NCBI GenBank assembly: GCA_029260235.1
Contig: JAJDDP010000119.1
Location: 874-64,873 of the forward strand
DNA: 64,000 nt
DNA from: Phycisphaerae bacterium
Lineage (GTDB): Bacteria; Planctomycetota; Phycisphaerae; UBA1845
Direction of reading: 5' to 3'
The translations under genes and the position numbers were made by a program. The notes under the pieces were generated by a model, which worked only from the letters and a program-made list of their open reading frames with translations, had not been told where the DNA came from and ran no database searches. Positions 28,217 to 35,958 of this stretch are shown in pieces; the stretch's first letter is position 1, and every line of letters begins with the position of its first letter.

Positions 28217-29358
28217 AGATCTATCTCCGGATCCAAGGCTAACCCAATGGCACCCAGGTAAGTGCTCATTGGTTTCTCTGCCCGGCCGCCAACTGCGTAG
28301 GACGCACGTGCCGAGCACCCCTGCTCCAGAAACGCGTTGGCTGGTTCGACCGGTATTCCGAGTCGATTTTCCAGATAATGATCCAAATTGTGCATTGTGG
28401 ATCCCCCCCCCGAGAGCACCAGGAAACCCACCGACCGACCACGATAACACTGAAGGGCATACTCGTACGAACGCTCGATTTCTCCAACGAGATGGTCAAG
28501 CTCAGTCCGCAGCGCCGTCAAGATAAGGGCGGACAACTCATCAAGGCCGCCGCTGCTATGCTGAACCTCAAGGCCCGTACCCGGCGAGGTTGCGGTCTTG
28601 GGCTTGGTGATCCCATGATCCAGCTTGTGCGTTTCGGCTGCGCCGGTACTCACTTGGAGCGACTTGGCAATCAACTCTGTCCAATGGATTCCGCCTGCGC
28701 CCAACGAGCGAACCAGAATCGGGGTTCGATCCACACACAAGATCAAACGGCAGCCTCGTGCTCCGATATCCAGGATACCCCACACTGATTCTGGGGCCCC
28801 AGGCCTCATTAGAGCTACTGCCCGTGCTAGGGCGCATGCTGTGGCATCTACTCGGCTGCATTCCATCTTGGCCTGGCTGCACGCCTGCCAAATCTGGGTG
28901 ACCATGGACACAGCCGTCGCTACGCCTATGGCGCTGCAAGCGTGACCCTGCGTCTTGGGCAACCGCCAATGAGCGGTCTGGATCTCTTGCCCTCCCATGC
29001 TGCAGAGACGTTCGATTTCCCAGTGGGCAGCCGATCCAAACTGATCTTGCCCCATCGAATCTCCGGCTTGGGGAAGTTCCAGGGCATGTAATTCAACGTC
29101 CGGCGCCGAGAGGCCTACCACGACTTCCCTGCCGATGAATTCCTGCTCCCAAGCCGCTCGATTTAGGCGCTCCGTAACGGTACTGCATACGCCGTCGATG
29201 CCCGCTCCGGGAGGAATCTGCCAGGTCGATGCCCGCAGGACCACCCAACGGGACCCGCTTCGTTGCAGCTGGACTGCGCGCACCGCCGCCGCACCGATAT
29301 CCAATCCGATGGGCGTTATTTTCGCAGTCCGTTTTGACTTAACAGCGGGTCTCATCAA
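28213..29358 (-). CDS. pilM: PilM actin-like pilus assembly protein
   Basis: PIGLDIG, ILDIGA, EIERSYEY, LSGGGS, AIGLAL. Confidence 0.88.
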   Translation of the reverse strand: MMRPAVKSKRTAKITPIGLDIGAAAVRAVQLQRSGSRWVVLRASTWQIPPGAGIDGVCSTVTERLNRAAWEQEFIGREVVVGLSAPDVELHALELPQAGDSMGQDQFGSAAHWEIERLCSMGGQEIQTAHWRLPKTQGHACSAIGVATAVSMVTQIWQACSQAKMECSRVDATACALARAVALMRPGAPESVWGILDIGARGCRLILCVDRTPILVRSLGAGGIHWTELIAKSLQVSTGAAETHKLDHGITKPKTATSPGTGLEVQHSSGGLDELSALILTALRTELDHLVGEIERSYEYALQCYRGRSVGFLVLSGGGSTMHNLDHYLENRLGIPVEPANAFLEQGCSARASYAVGGRAEKPMSTYLGAIGLALDPEIDL

Positions 29359-29363
29359 GGCTC

Positions 29364-30593
29364 CTACTGGGTCATCGAGGTGATGTCGAACATCGGCAAG
29401 AATAGCGAGATCGCCACCGCACCGACGACAACTCCCATCAGAATGATGATGGCTGGTTCGATCAACCGCGTGACCGCGCCGACCAGCTCAACATTGTCTT
29501 CGTCGAGGATGTCAGCCGCATAGCTGATCGCTCCTCCGAGATTGCCGCTCTCTTCCCCCGTGCGAACAGCTTGGCAAAGTGCAGGGGCGACTAAGTTGGA
29601 GGACTCCATCGCGTCGCTCAACATATTGCCGGAGGTGACGGCATTTTCCATTCGATCAAACAATATCTGGAAGCGGTTGTTCTTCGTTACCCGTCGGGTC
29701 AATTCCAGCGCCTCAAGGACTGCGACATGGGCCTCGAGCAGCATGCCCAAGGTGCGGAAGACCTGTCCTTGAATCAGGCTGGTCGCCAGCCTTCCGAGCA
29801 CTGGAATCTGAGTTTGCATGTTGATGCAGGTCCGCCGACCCGCCGAAGAGATCGCCAGGAACACCACTCCAGCGAGCAGCGTTCCCACGCCGATCACCAC
29901 CAGCACCCAATTGCCTCTGAGGAACCCAGACAGGTCAAGCATGAGCTTGGTTGAAGAGGGCAGCGGTGCTCCCAATGACGCGAACATCTCTCCGAAGCGA
30001 GGCAAGACAAAGAACAGGAGCACATTCACCTGGGCGGTGGCAAGCCCCATCAACAGCACCGGATAGGTCATCGCCCCCAGCACTTTGTTACGGAGAGCCC
30101 GGCGCTTGCCGATGATCTGGCTCAGCCGATCAAACATTTCAGGAAGCGTCGCACTAGATTCGCCTGCCGCGATGATAGCGCAATAAGATGCATCGAACAC
30201 TCTTGGAAAGCGGCACATGGCCTCCCCCAACATCGCTCCCTCTTCCAAATCGTCGCGCAATTGGCGAATCATCTCGACATGCTTGGGATGCTTCATTTGC
30301 CGCCCTATGGCTGCCAAGGCGGGGACGAGTGCGCTCCCACTCTTGAGCAACATGGACATCTGCCGGGTGAAGAGAAGCAATTGCTTTAGCGGAAGTTTGA
30401 ACTCCGCAGTCCAGCCCTCGGCGAGCTGCACCTTTTTCTCGACCTCATGGACCGTGGCTTCGGTGATGTTGGTCACCATGAGGCCCTTTTGGCGCAACTG
30501 TTCAACGGCCGCTTTGGACGAGTCAGCCATGATCAGATCACGGACCGGTTTTCCGCTGGTGTCGATCGCTTCGTAGGTCAGACTCAAACTCAT
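29364..30593 (-). CDS. pilC: PilC/GspF inner-membrane platform protein
   Basis: FTRQMSMLLKSG, AGESSATL, AMTYP, TGEESGNL, LIEPAII..SLFLPMF. Confidence 0.93.
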   Translation of the reverse strand: MSLSLTYEAIDTSGKPVRDLIMADSSKAAVEQLRQKGLMVTNITEATVHEVEKKVQLAEGWTAEFKLPLKQLLLFTRQMSMLLKSGSALVPALAAIGRQMKHPKHVEMIRQLRDDLEEGAMLGEAMCRFPRVFDASYCAIIAAGESSATLPEMFDRLSQIIGKRRALRNKVLGAMTYPVLLMGLATAQVNVLLFFVLPRFGEMFASLGAPLPSSTKLMLDLSGFLRGNWVLVVIGVGTLLAGVVFLAISSAGRRTCINMQTQIPVLGRLATSLIQGQVFRTLGMLLEAHVAVLEALELTRRVTKNNRFQILFDRMENAVTSGNMLSDAMESSNLVAPALCQAVRTGEESGNLGGAISYAADILDEDNVELVGAVTRLIEPAIIILMGVVVGAVAISLFLPMFDITSMTQ

Positions 30594-30596
30594 TGC

Positions 30597-32366
30597 CTAA
30601 GCCTCCACCTCATGGGACGCCATGCCGCTGGGGTCACAAACCGAAATCGCTTCTGCCCGGGTAACCCGGAGAACTTCCTCCAAGGTCGAATCTCCCCGAT
30701 TTACGACTTCCAGCGCCTTTTCCCGCAAGGTCTGCCATCTGGTTTGGGCAAGATAGGTCCGAATGTCGATCTCACTCCCGCCTTCCTCGATGAGTCGTTT
30801 CAGCTCTGCATCCAGAACCATGACCTCGTAGATCCCTACCCTGCCCTTGAACCCGGTGTTGTGGCAAGACTGACATCCTTCGCCTTTGCTAAATAATTCG
30901 TTGCTGCGATCCTCCCAACCGACCGACTCTAGAAGTTGCGAAGATGGGTAGTACGAGGTCTTGCACGAGGGACAGATCTTCCGGGCCAACCGCTGGGCGA
31001 TGAACCCCAGAACACTCGAGCTGATCAGGTACGGTTCGATCCCCATGTCCAATAGACGGGCAATTCCGCCCGGGCAGTCGTTGGTGTGCAGCGTGCTCAG
31101 CACCAAGTGCCCCGTTAGAGCGGCTTGAACCGCGACACGGGCAGTATCCGTGTCCCGAATTTCTCCGACCATGATGATGTCGGGATCCTGCCGAAGTATG
31201 GAACGCAAAGCCCGAGTAAAATCCAAGCCTACCTGAGAATTCACTTGGATCTGGTTGATCTGGCCCAATTGATATTCGACTGGATCTTCTACGGTGACGA
31301 TGTTGACCGACTCGCTCCTGAGCAGATCAAGTGCCGAATACAAGGTGGTTGTCTTACCACTACCGGTGGGTCCAGTGACCAACAACAATCCGTAAGGACT
31401 TCTCAGCATCGCCTCGATGGCTGTCCGGTCTTGGTTGAGGACGCCTAGATCCCCAAGCTCGAAGCTGAGGTTGGTCTTATCCAGGATGCGGAGAACCATT
31501 TTTTCGCCCAGGATGGTGGGCATGCTGGAGACGCGCAGGTCTATTTCTCGGCCGTCAGCAACCAGATGCACTCGGCCTTCCTGTGGTAGTCTCTTCTCCG
31601 AGATATCCATTCTGCCAATCACCTTGATCCTTGAGATGATGGCTGCGTGAATGTTCTTCGGGGGCGATAGCAGGTCGCGGAGTTGGCCGTCGATCCGGTA
31701 CCGAATGTGGGTCGTGCCGCGCTCGGGTTCGATATGAATGTCGGATGCACCCTCTCTAAGCGCGGTCAAGATGGCCAGGTTCACCAGGTTGATCACCGGC
31801 GAACCGTCAATCATCTTGTCGAGGTCGGTGACAGGCCCTTCGTCGATCGCCTCAGATTCTGAGATGGTAACGTCGGCTTCCTCCATCGAGGCGAGGAAAG
31901 CGTCGACGGTGACTTCCTGTTGAAGATACTTCCGTTGATACTCCTCGATGTTCTCTTCTAGGCAAAGCACGGGCCTGATCTGGCAGCCTGTCAACAAGCG
32001 AAGTCGGTCGAGCACGGGCAACGACTGCGGCTCAACCATGGCGACGGTCAGGGTTTGCCCTCCGTCGTGCCGGTCGCTGACTCGGAACAGGGGCAGCACC
32101 ATCAGCCGCTCAGCCTCTTCCTTTGGGATGCACTTGGCGACCTTGGGATCAATCAGGCCGTGTCGCAACACGCAGCCAAGCACGCCCAGACGCCGTCCCA
32201 GAGCAGACACCAAGGAGGCTGAGTTAATCGCCCCGATGTCCATGAGCGCAGAACCCAACTTCGCTCCGCTGCCCTGCTGTTTAGACAGCGCATCGGTCAG
32301 CTGATCTTCGGTGATCAGCCCATCAGCGATGAGCTGCTCGCCAAGTCTAGCAGCTTGTCCGATCAT
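30597..32366 (-). CDS. pilB: PilB/GspE extension ATPase with N-terminal MshEN c-di-GMP-binding domain
   Basis: RLGEQLIADGLITEDQLTDALSKQ, ASDIHIEP, GPTGSGKTT, LRQDPDIIMVGEIRD, LTGHLVLSTLH, CPSC/CQSC. Confidence 0.94.
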   Translation of the reverse strand: MIGQAARLGEQLIADGLITEDQLTDALSKQQGSGAKLGSALMDIGAINSASLVSALGRRLGVLGCVLRHGLIDPKVAKCIPKEEAERLMVLPLFRVSDRHDGGQTLTVAMVEPQSLPVLDRLRLLTGCQIRPVLCLEENIEEYQRKYLQQEVTVDAFLASMEEADVTISESEAIDEGPVTDLDKMIDGSPVINLVNLAILTALREGASDIHIEPERGTTHIRYRIDGQLRDLLSPPKNIHAAIISRIKVIGRMDISEKRLPQEGRVHLVADGREIDLRVSSMPTILGEKMVLRILDKTNLSFELGDLGVLNQDRTAIEAMLRSPYGLLLVTGPTGSGKTTTLYSALDLLRSESVNIVTVEDPVEYQLGQINQIQVNSQVGLDFTRALRSILRQDPDIIMVGEIRDTDTARVAVQAALTGHLVLSTLHTNDCPGGIARLLDMGIEPYLISSSVLGFIAQRLARKICPSCKTSYYPSSQLLESVGWEDRSNELFSKGEGCQSCHNTGFKGRVGIYEVMVLDAELKRLIEEGGSEIDIRTYLAQTRWQTLREKALEVVNRGDSTLEEVLRVTRAEAISVCDPSGMASHEVEA

Positions 32367-32428
32367 CCTGTTTCACCGTTGTCAGCAAGGGTCACCATTG
32401 GGCACACACCATGGATGACCAAGAACCA

Positions 32429-32764
32429 TCAAATAAAACTGCGGGCAGCCGAAGAACTATCTTCAAAGAACTGGAAGCGAGACGACAAACCGGTCAACTC
32501 CAAAATCTCGCGGCAAGTTGAACCAACAGCTACGAGTTTCAGCCGGTTGCCCTGATCCATCAGTTCGTCCGCGGCGGTAATCAGCACATCCAAGCCTTGC
32601 GAATCCATGTAGGGAACATTCTGCAGCGAGATGGCTACGCGCGGGTTGGGATGGTTCAAGTGCACCATTAGAGCATCCGCAAACTGGGTTGCATCTTCAT
32701 CCGCCAGTGCTCCTTGAGGACTTAGCACTGCAACCGTGCCGACTTCCTGCATCTCGATCTTCAT
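32429..32764 (-). CDS. STAS-domain anti-sigma-factor antagonist
   Basis: VPYMDSQGL (phosphorylatable Ser), REILELTGL. ATGA overlap with the upstream gene. Confidence 0.9.
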   Translation of the reverse strand: MKIEMQEVGTVAVLSPQGALADEDATQFADALMVHLNHPNPRVAISLQNVPYMDSQGLDVLITAADELMDQGNRLKLVAVGSTCREILELTGLSSRFQFFEDSSSAARSFI

Positions 32765-34110
32765 GACTTGACTCCGGCGGTTGCTATCACCGAGGCACTT
32801 GTCTCGGGCGACGCCACATCGCTGAGCAAAGCTACGTTCCTGGCCCGGGCCTCGTGGCACCGGTTGATGGCCCGCGAAATCAATTCTCTAAGCGGTGGCT
32901 GTTCTGTGCCGCTGCCAGACACCCCGCAGCGCACAACGAGCGGAACTCGCCAACGGTCTCCGTCGCTGCACAGGTCGCTGAACGACTTATGCAGCTGCTC
33001 GATGATCAGTGCGCCTAGGGCTGAGTCCACGCGGCGCAGCAGAACCACAAACCTGGAATCATCGAACCGGCCTATGCAGTCATCAGTCCTGACGCGCTCA
33101 CCCAATAAGAGGGCGGCCTCTGCGGCCAGAGCATCCGCTAGATCCCAATCTCCTCGGTCACAGAGTAAGCGAATGCCTTCCACCGCCACGATGCCAACCG
33201 CAACAGGCTCATTGTGTACATAGGCGGCCGAGAGTGTGCGGTCAGCTTCGAATAAAAAGGACTCGCGCGCAAGCAGTCCCGACAAAGGATCTCTAATCTC
33301 AGCCGTGCGACGTCGGCAAACTTCTCCAAGCGTTACCCAGAACGAGGAAACTATGTTTTGAGCAAGGGTCAGCATTTCCGGATCGCACGCAGCCCCGGCA
33401 CTTAGGCTACCTATTTTTAGCAGTCCGATTCGCCGCGTACCTTGGCTGATCGCGAAGCACCAAGCCACCGGCTCGCCTGATTGACGGGCGAGCTGATCGA
33501 CCAGCTCACCGTGGGCTTGCTCGTTCTCGACATAGGCCCGCCCCGTGGTGGCCACATGTCCAACAATTCCACAGCGTGCCGAATCAATATCCATCAGTTC
33601 TCCTGGACCAATGGCCCGGAGAGGAACCAGGGCGTCGTCCTCACTGAGAATTCTGTAGGGGTGAACGTGCGTCGCCCCGGTTAATCGGTTCAGGGCGATA
33701 CGCAGAAACTCGCCGAACTCAGGCCATGGATCTTCCGAGTGGCGGTGGGCTTCGAGCCAATCGTCGAAGGCAAGGAATGTTTCGGTCAAGCCTCCGACGT
33801 AACTGTGTTTGGAAGATGCCTCCTCGGCCATCGCCGAGTCGGGTACATCGCTTACCCCAGAATTTGGCTCGCCCCGGTCCGTCGAAGACCAAGCGCCGAT
33901 GGCTGCAATGGCCACCGCGCCCGACGACAAGGCCAAGAGCGTCCAGGCGTCTAGGAAGGTCTCCACGTCACCCTCTGCGAATACCAATACAAGCCAGAAT
34001 GTAGCGCCGAGCACTCCGAACCACACACCCCGTGTCGGGAGCACCAGCCTGGCGCCGACGCCCACGGCCAATACGATGGGGAACCAAAGCAAGATCAAGG
34101 ACATACTCAT
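32761..34110 (-). CDS. Membrane GAF + degenerate GGDEF protein (PelD-like c-di-GMP receptor candidate)
   Basis: About three TM helices, GAF-like GIVGHVATTG, DPLSGLLAR, RTDD-CIGRF-DDSRF (RxxD kept, GGDEF lost). Confidence 0.8.
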   Translation of the reverse strand: MSMSLILLWFPIVLAVGVGARLVLPTRGVWFGVLGATFWLVLVFAEGDVETFLDAWTLLALSSGAVAIAAIGAWSSTDRGEPNSGVSDVPDSAMAEEASSKHSYVGGLTETFLAFDDWLEAHRHSEDPWPEFGEFLRIALNRLTGATHVHPYRILSEDDALVPLRAIGPGELMDIDSARCGIVGHVATTGRAYVENEQAHGELVDQLARQSGEPVAWCFAISQGTRRIGLLKIGSLSAGAACDPEMLTLAQNIVSSFWVTLGEVCRRRTAEIRDPLSGLLARESFLFEADRTLSAAYVHNEPVAVGIVAVEGIRLLCDRGDWDLADALAAEAALLLGERVRTDDCIGRFDDSRFVVLLRRVDSALGALIIEQLHKSFSDLCSDGDRWRVPLVVRCGVSGSGTEQPPLRELISRAINRCHEARARNVALLSDVASPETSASVIATAGVKS

Positions 34111-35486
34111 CCTGGATTCCTTCCGCATTGGTGACTCCGGGTCGCGTTCACCGGCGCCCCGAGCGTACTGCCCTTGTCAATTCGGCTTGCAACTTGGATG
34201 CGTTTGAAATGATCAGGCTCATTCTCCGCCAAGTTGCGAATTAAACCGGTGAAGATCGTCGCCAATTCTGGATCGATCGTGCTGCCTGCTTCTTCGGCAA
34301 TGATTTCCAATGCCTTGGGCCAGTCGAACGCCCTACGATAGGATCGGTTGGACGTCAAAGCGTCGAAGATGTCGGCCACTTGAACGATTCGAGCCTGCCG
34401 CGGGATGTCCTGGCCGGCAAGACCGCTCGGGTAACCTTTGCCGTTCCACTTCTCGTGGTGATGCATAACTCCATCCAAGGCATCAGCCAGCTGGGGTATC
34501 TCTCGGACCACCTCATAACTGCGCACCGGATGTTCCTTGATGTGCTCAAATTCCTCGTCTGTGAGCTTCCCCTCTTTCTTGAGCACTGCGTCTCGGATGC
34601 CAATCTTCCCCACGTCGTGCAGCAGGGCGGACCACTCCAGCATCTGGAGTTCCTGGGCATCCAACCCCACCGCCCGTCCGAGCATGACCGCATAGATCGC
34701 CACGCGCGATGTATGCCCCGAAGTGTATTCGTCCTTTTGTTCGATCGCGTTGGTCAACGCCTCAACAACGTTCACCGACAGATTTCGCAGCTCAGCCACA
34801 AGACGAAAATTGCGAATCATGTCGCCACAGAAAGCGGTGAGCGACTCGAGAAGCGACATGTCACTTGCTTCAAAAGGACGGAACGAACCTGACTTGGTAT
34901 CTGACGGCCCATGGGTTAGCAGCAAGACCACAACCAGCGAGTCTCCGGCATAGACCGGGCCGGAGATCAGCCGTAGCACGGGCGGCTCATCGCTGCAGGG
35001 GTGCGCACAATGATTGCAGTGTGGCAGGTCACCCTCGATGCGGGATTCTGGGCAATCCTTCACGATCAACCGCCTCGTGGTGATACTTTCCTCCACCGCC
35101 TCTACTATCCAGTCGTGCCGAGGTACGTCTCCGTCGAAATTCAACGAATCGGCAGTCCCGGCGCACTTCACAACGGCGATGCGCGTGTGTGGGTAGGTGA
35201 CGCGAAGACTCTTGGTGAAAAGTTGAAGGACTGCCTCCTCATCGTGCAAGGTGGGCAATTGGCGGGTAACTTCGAACACAATGCCCAATTGCTCATACGC
35301 CCGAAGAAGCTCATCAGCCATCCCCGTATGCTCGGTGACGATGTTTTGAACCTGCTGATCCAGCACATCGAGTCGCTCATGGAATTCGATATCCGTGTCG
35401 GGCAAAGCGTGGGCAGTCGTCGCCCGCAACGCGCTCAAGGCCCCCTGCACGGTTCCCTCTATTGAGTCGCTTGCACAATCCGCCAT
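34107..35486 (-). CDS. GAF + HD-GYP cyclic-dinucleotide phosphodiesterase
   Basis: KDEYTSGH, LLHDVGK, EHP, HHEKWNGKGYP, RQAR, VADIFDAL..NRSYR are all intact. Confidence 0.92.
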   Translation of the reverse strand: MADCASDSIEGTVQGALSALRATTAHALPDTDIEFHERLDVLDQQVQNIVTEHTGMADELLRAYEQLGIVFEVTRQLPTLHDEEAVLQLFTKSLRVTYPHTRIAVVKCAGTADSLNFDGDVPRHDWIVEAVEESITTRRLIVKDCPESRIEGDLPHCNHCAHPCSDEPPVLRLISGPVYAGDSLVVVLLLTHGPSDTKSGSFRPFEASDMSLLESLTAFCGDMIRNFRLVAELRNLSVNVVEALTNAIEQKDEYTSGHTSRVAIYAVMLGRAVGLDAQELQMLEWSALLHDVGKIGIRDAVLKKEGKLTDEEFEHIKEHPVRSYEVVREIPQLADALDGVMHHHEKWNGKGYPSGLAGQDIPRQARIVQVADIFDALTSNRSYRRAFDWPKALEIIAEEAGSTIDPELATIFTGLIRNLAENEPDHFKRIQVASRIDKGSTLGAPVNATRSHQCGRNPG

Positions 35487-35567
35487 TAAATCATCCCTAC
35501 TTCCGATTCAATCTCAATTCCAACCAAATCCGCTTGCAAAGCGCAACTGCTCCTCGCCTCGATTGGG

Positions 35568-35942
35568 TCAAGCCGGTACATCGACCGACAACAATTGTTC
35601 GACCTCAACCATCAATCGAGACGGCGAGAATGGTTTGGGATGCAGGTTCACGTTGCATCCTCTAATTTGCCCTGCTATGGCGTCTTGGTCACAACGGCTT
35701 GAGAGCATGATCACCGGCAGGGTCTTACTCTTCTTTGAGCGAAGCCACTGCACCAACTCGATCCCACTCATGCGCGGCATGTTGACATCAGACACGATCA
35801 GGTCCACGTCCACCTTGGACAGGACATCCTGGGCAGCCTGCCCGTCTCTGGTCTCTAGAACCTCGTGCCCATTCCGTGCCAGCCACATCGACAGAATGCG
35901 CAACATGTGGGCGTCGTCTTCGGCTATCAAAATCTTGGCCAT
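35568..35942 (-). CDS. Single-domain response regulator (CheY-like)
   Basis: ILIAEDD, IVSDVNMP (phospho-Asp), VIMLSS, KPFSP. Confidence 0.92.
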   Translation of the reverse strand: MAKILIAEDDAHMLRILSMWLARNGHEVLETRDGQAAQDVLSKVDVDLIVSDVNMPRMSGIELVQWLRSKKSKTLPVIMLSSRCDQDAIAGQIRGCNVNLHPKPFSPSRLMVEVEQLLSVDVPA

Positions 35943-35958
35943 GTCTGCTTGGCTCCTG

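Noticed and set aside
28217-28450. Extended N-terminus of pilN from the ORF track (likewise STAS, pilX, upp, guaA, addA, putA)
   Set aside because: Overlaps the upstream gene or promoter. Downstream starts with ATGA/GTGA coupling or conserved N-termini fit better.
32761-34110. Active diguanylate cyclase
   Set aside because: The GGDEF signature is replaced by DDSRF and the metal/GTP-binding residues are lost.
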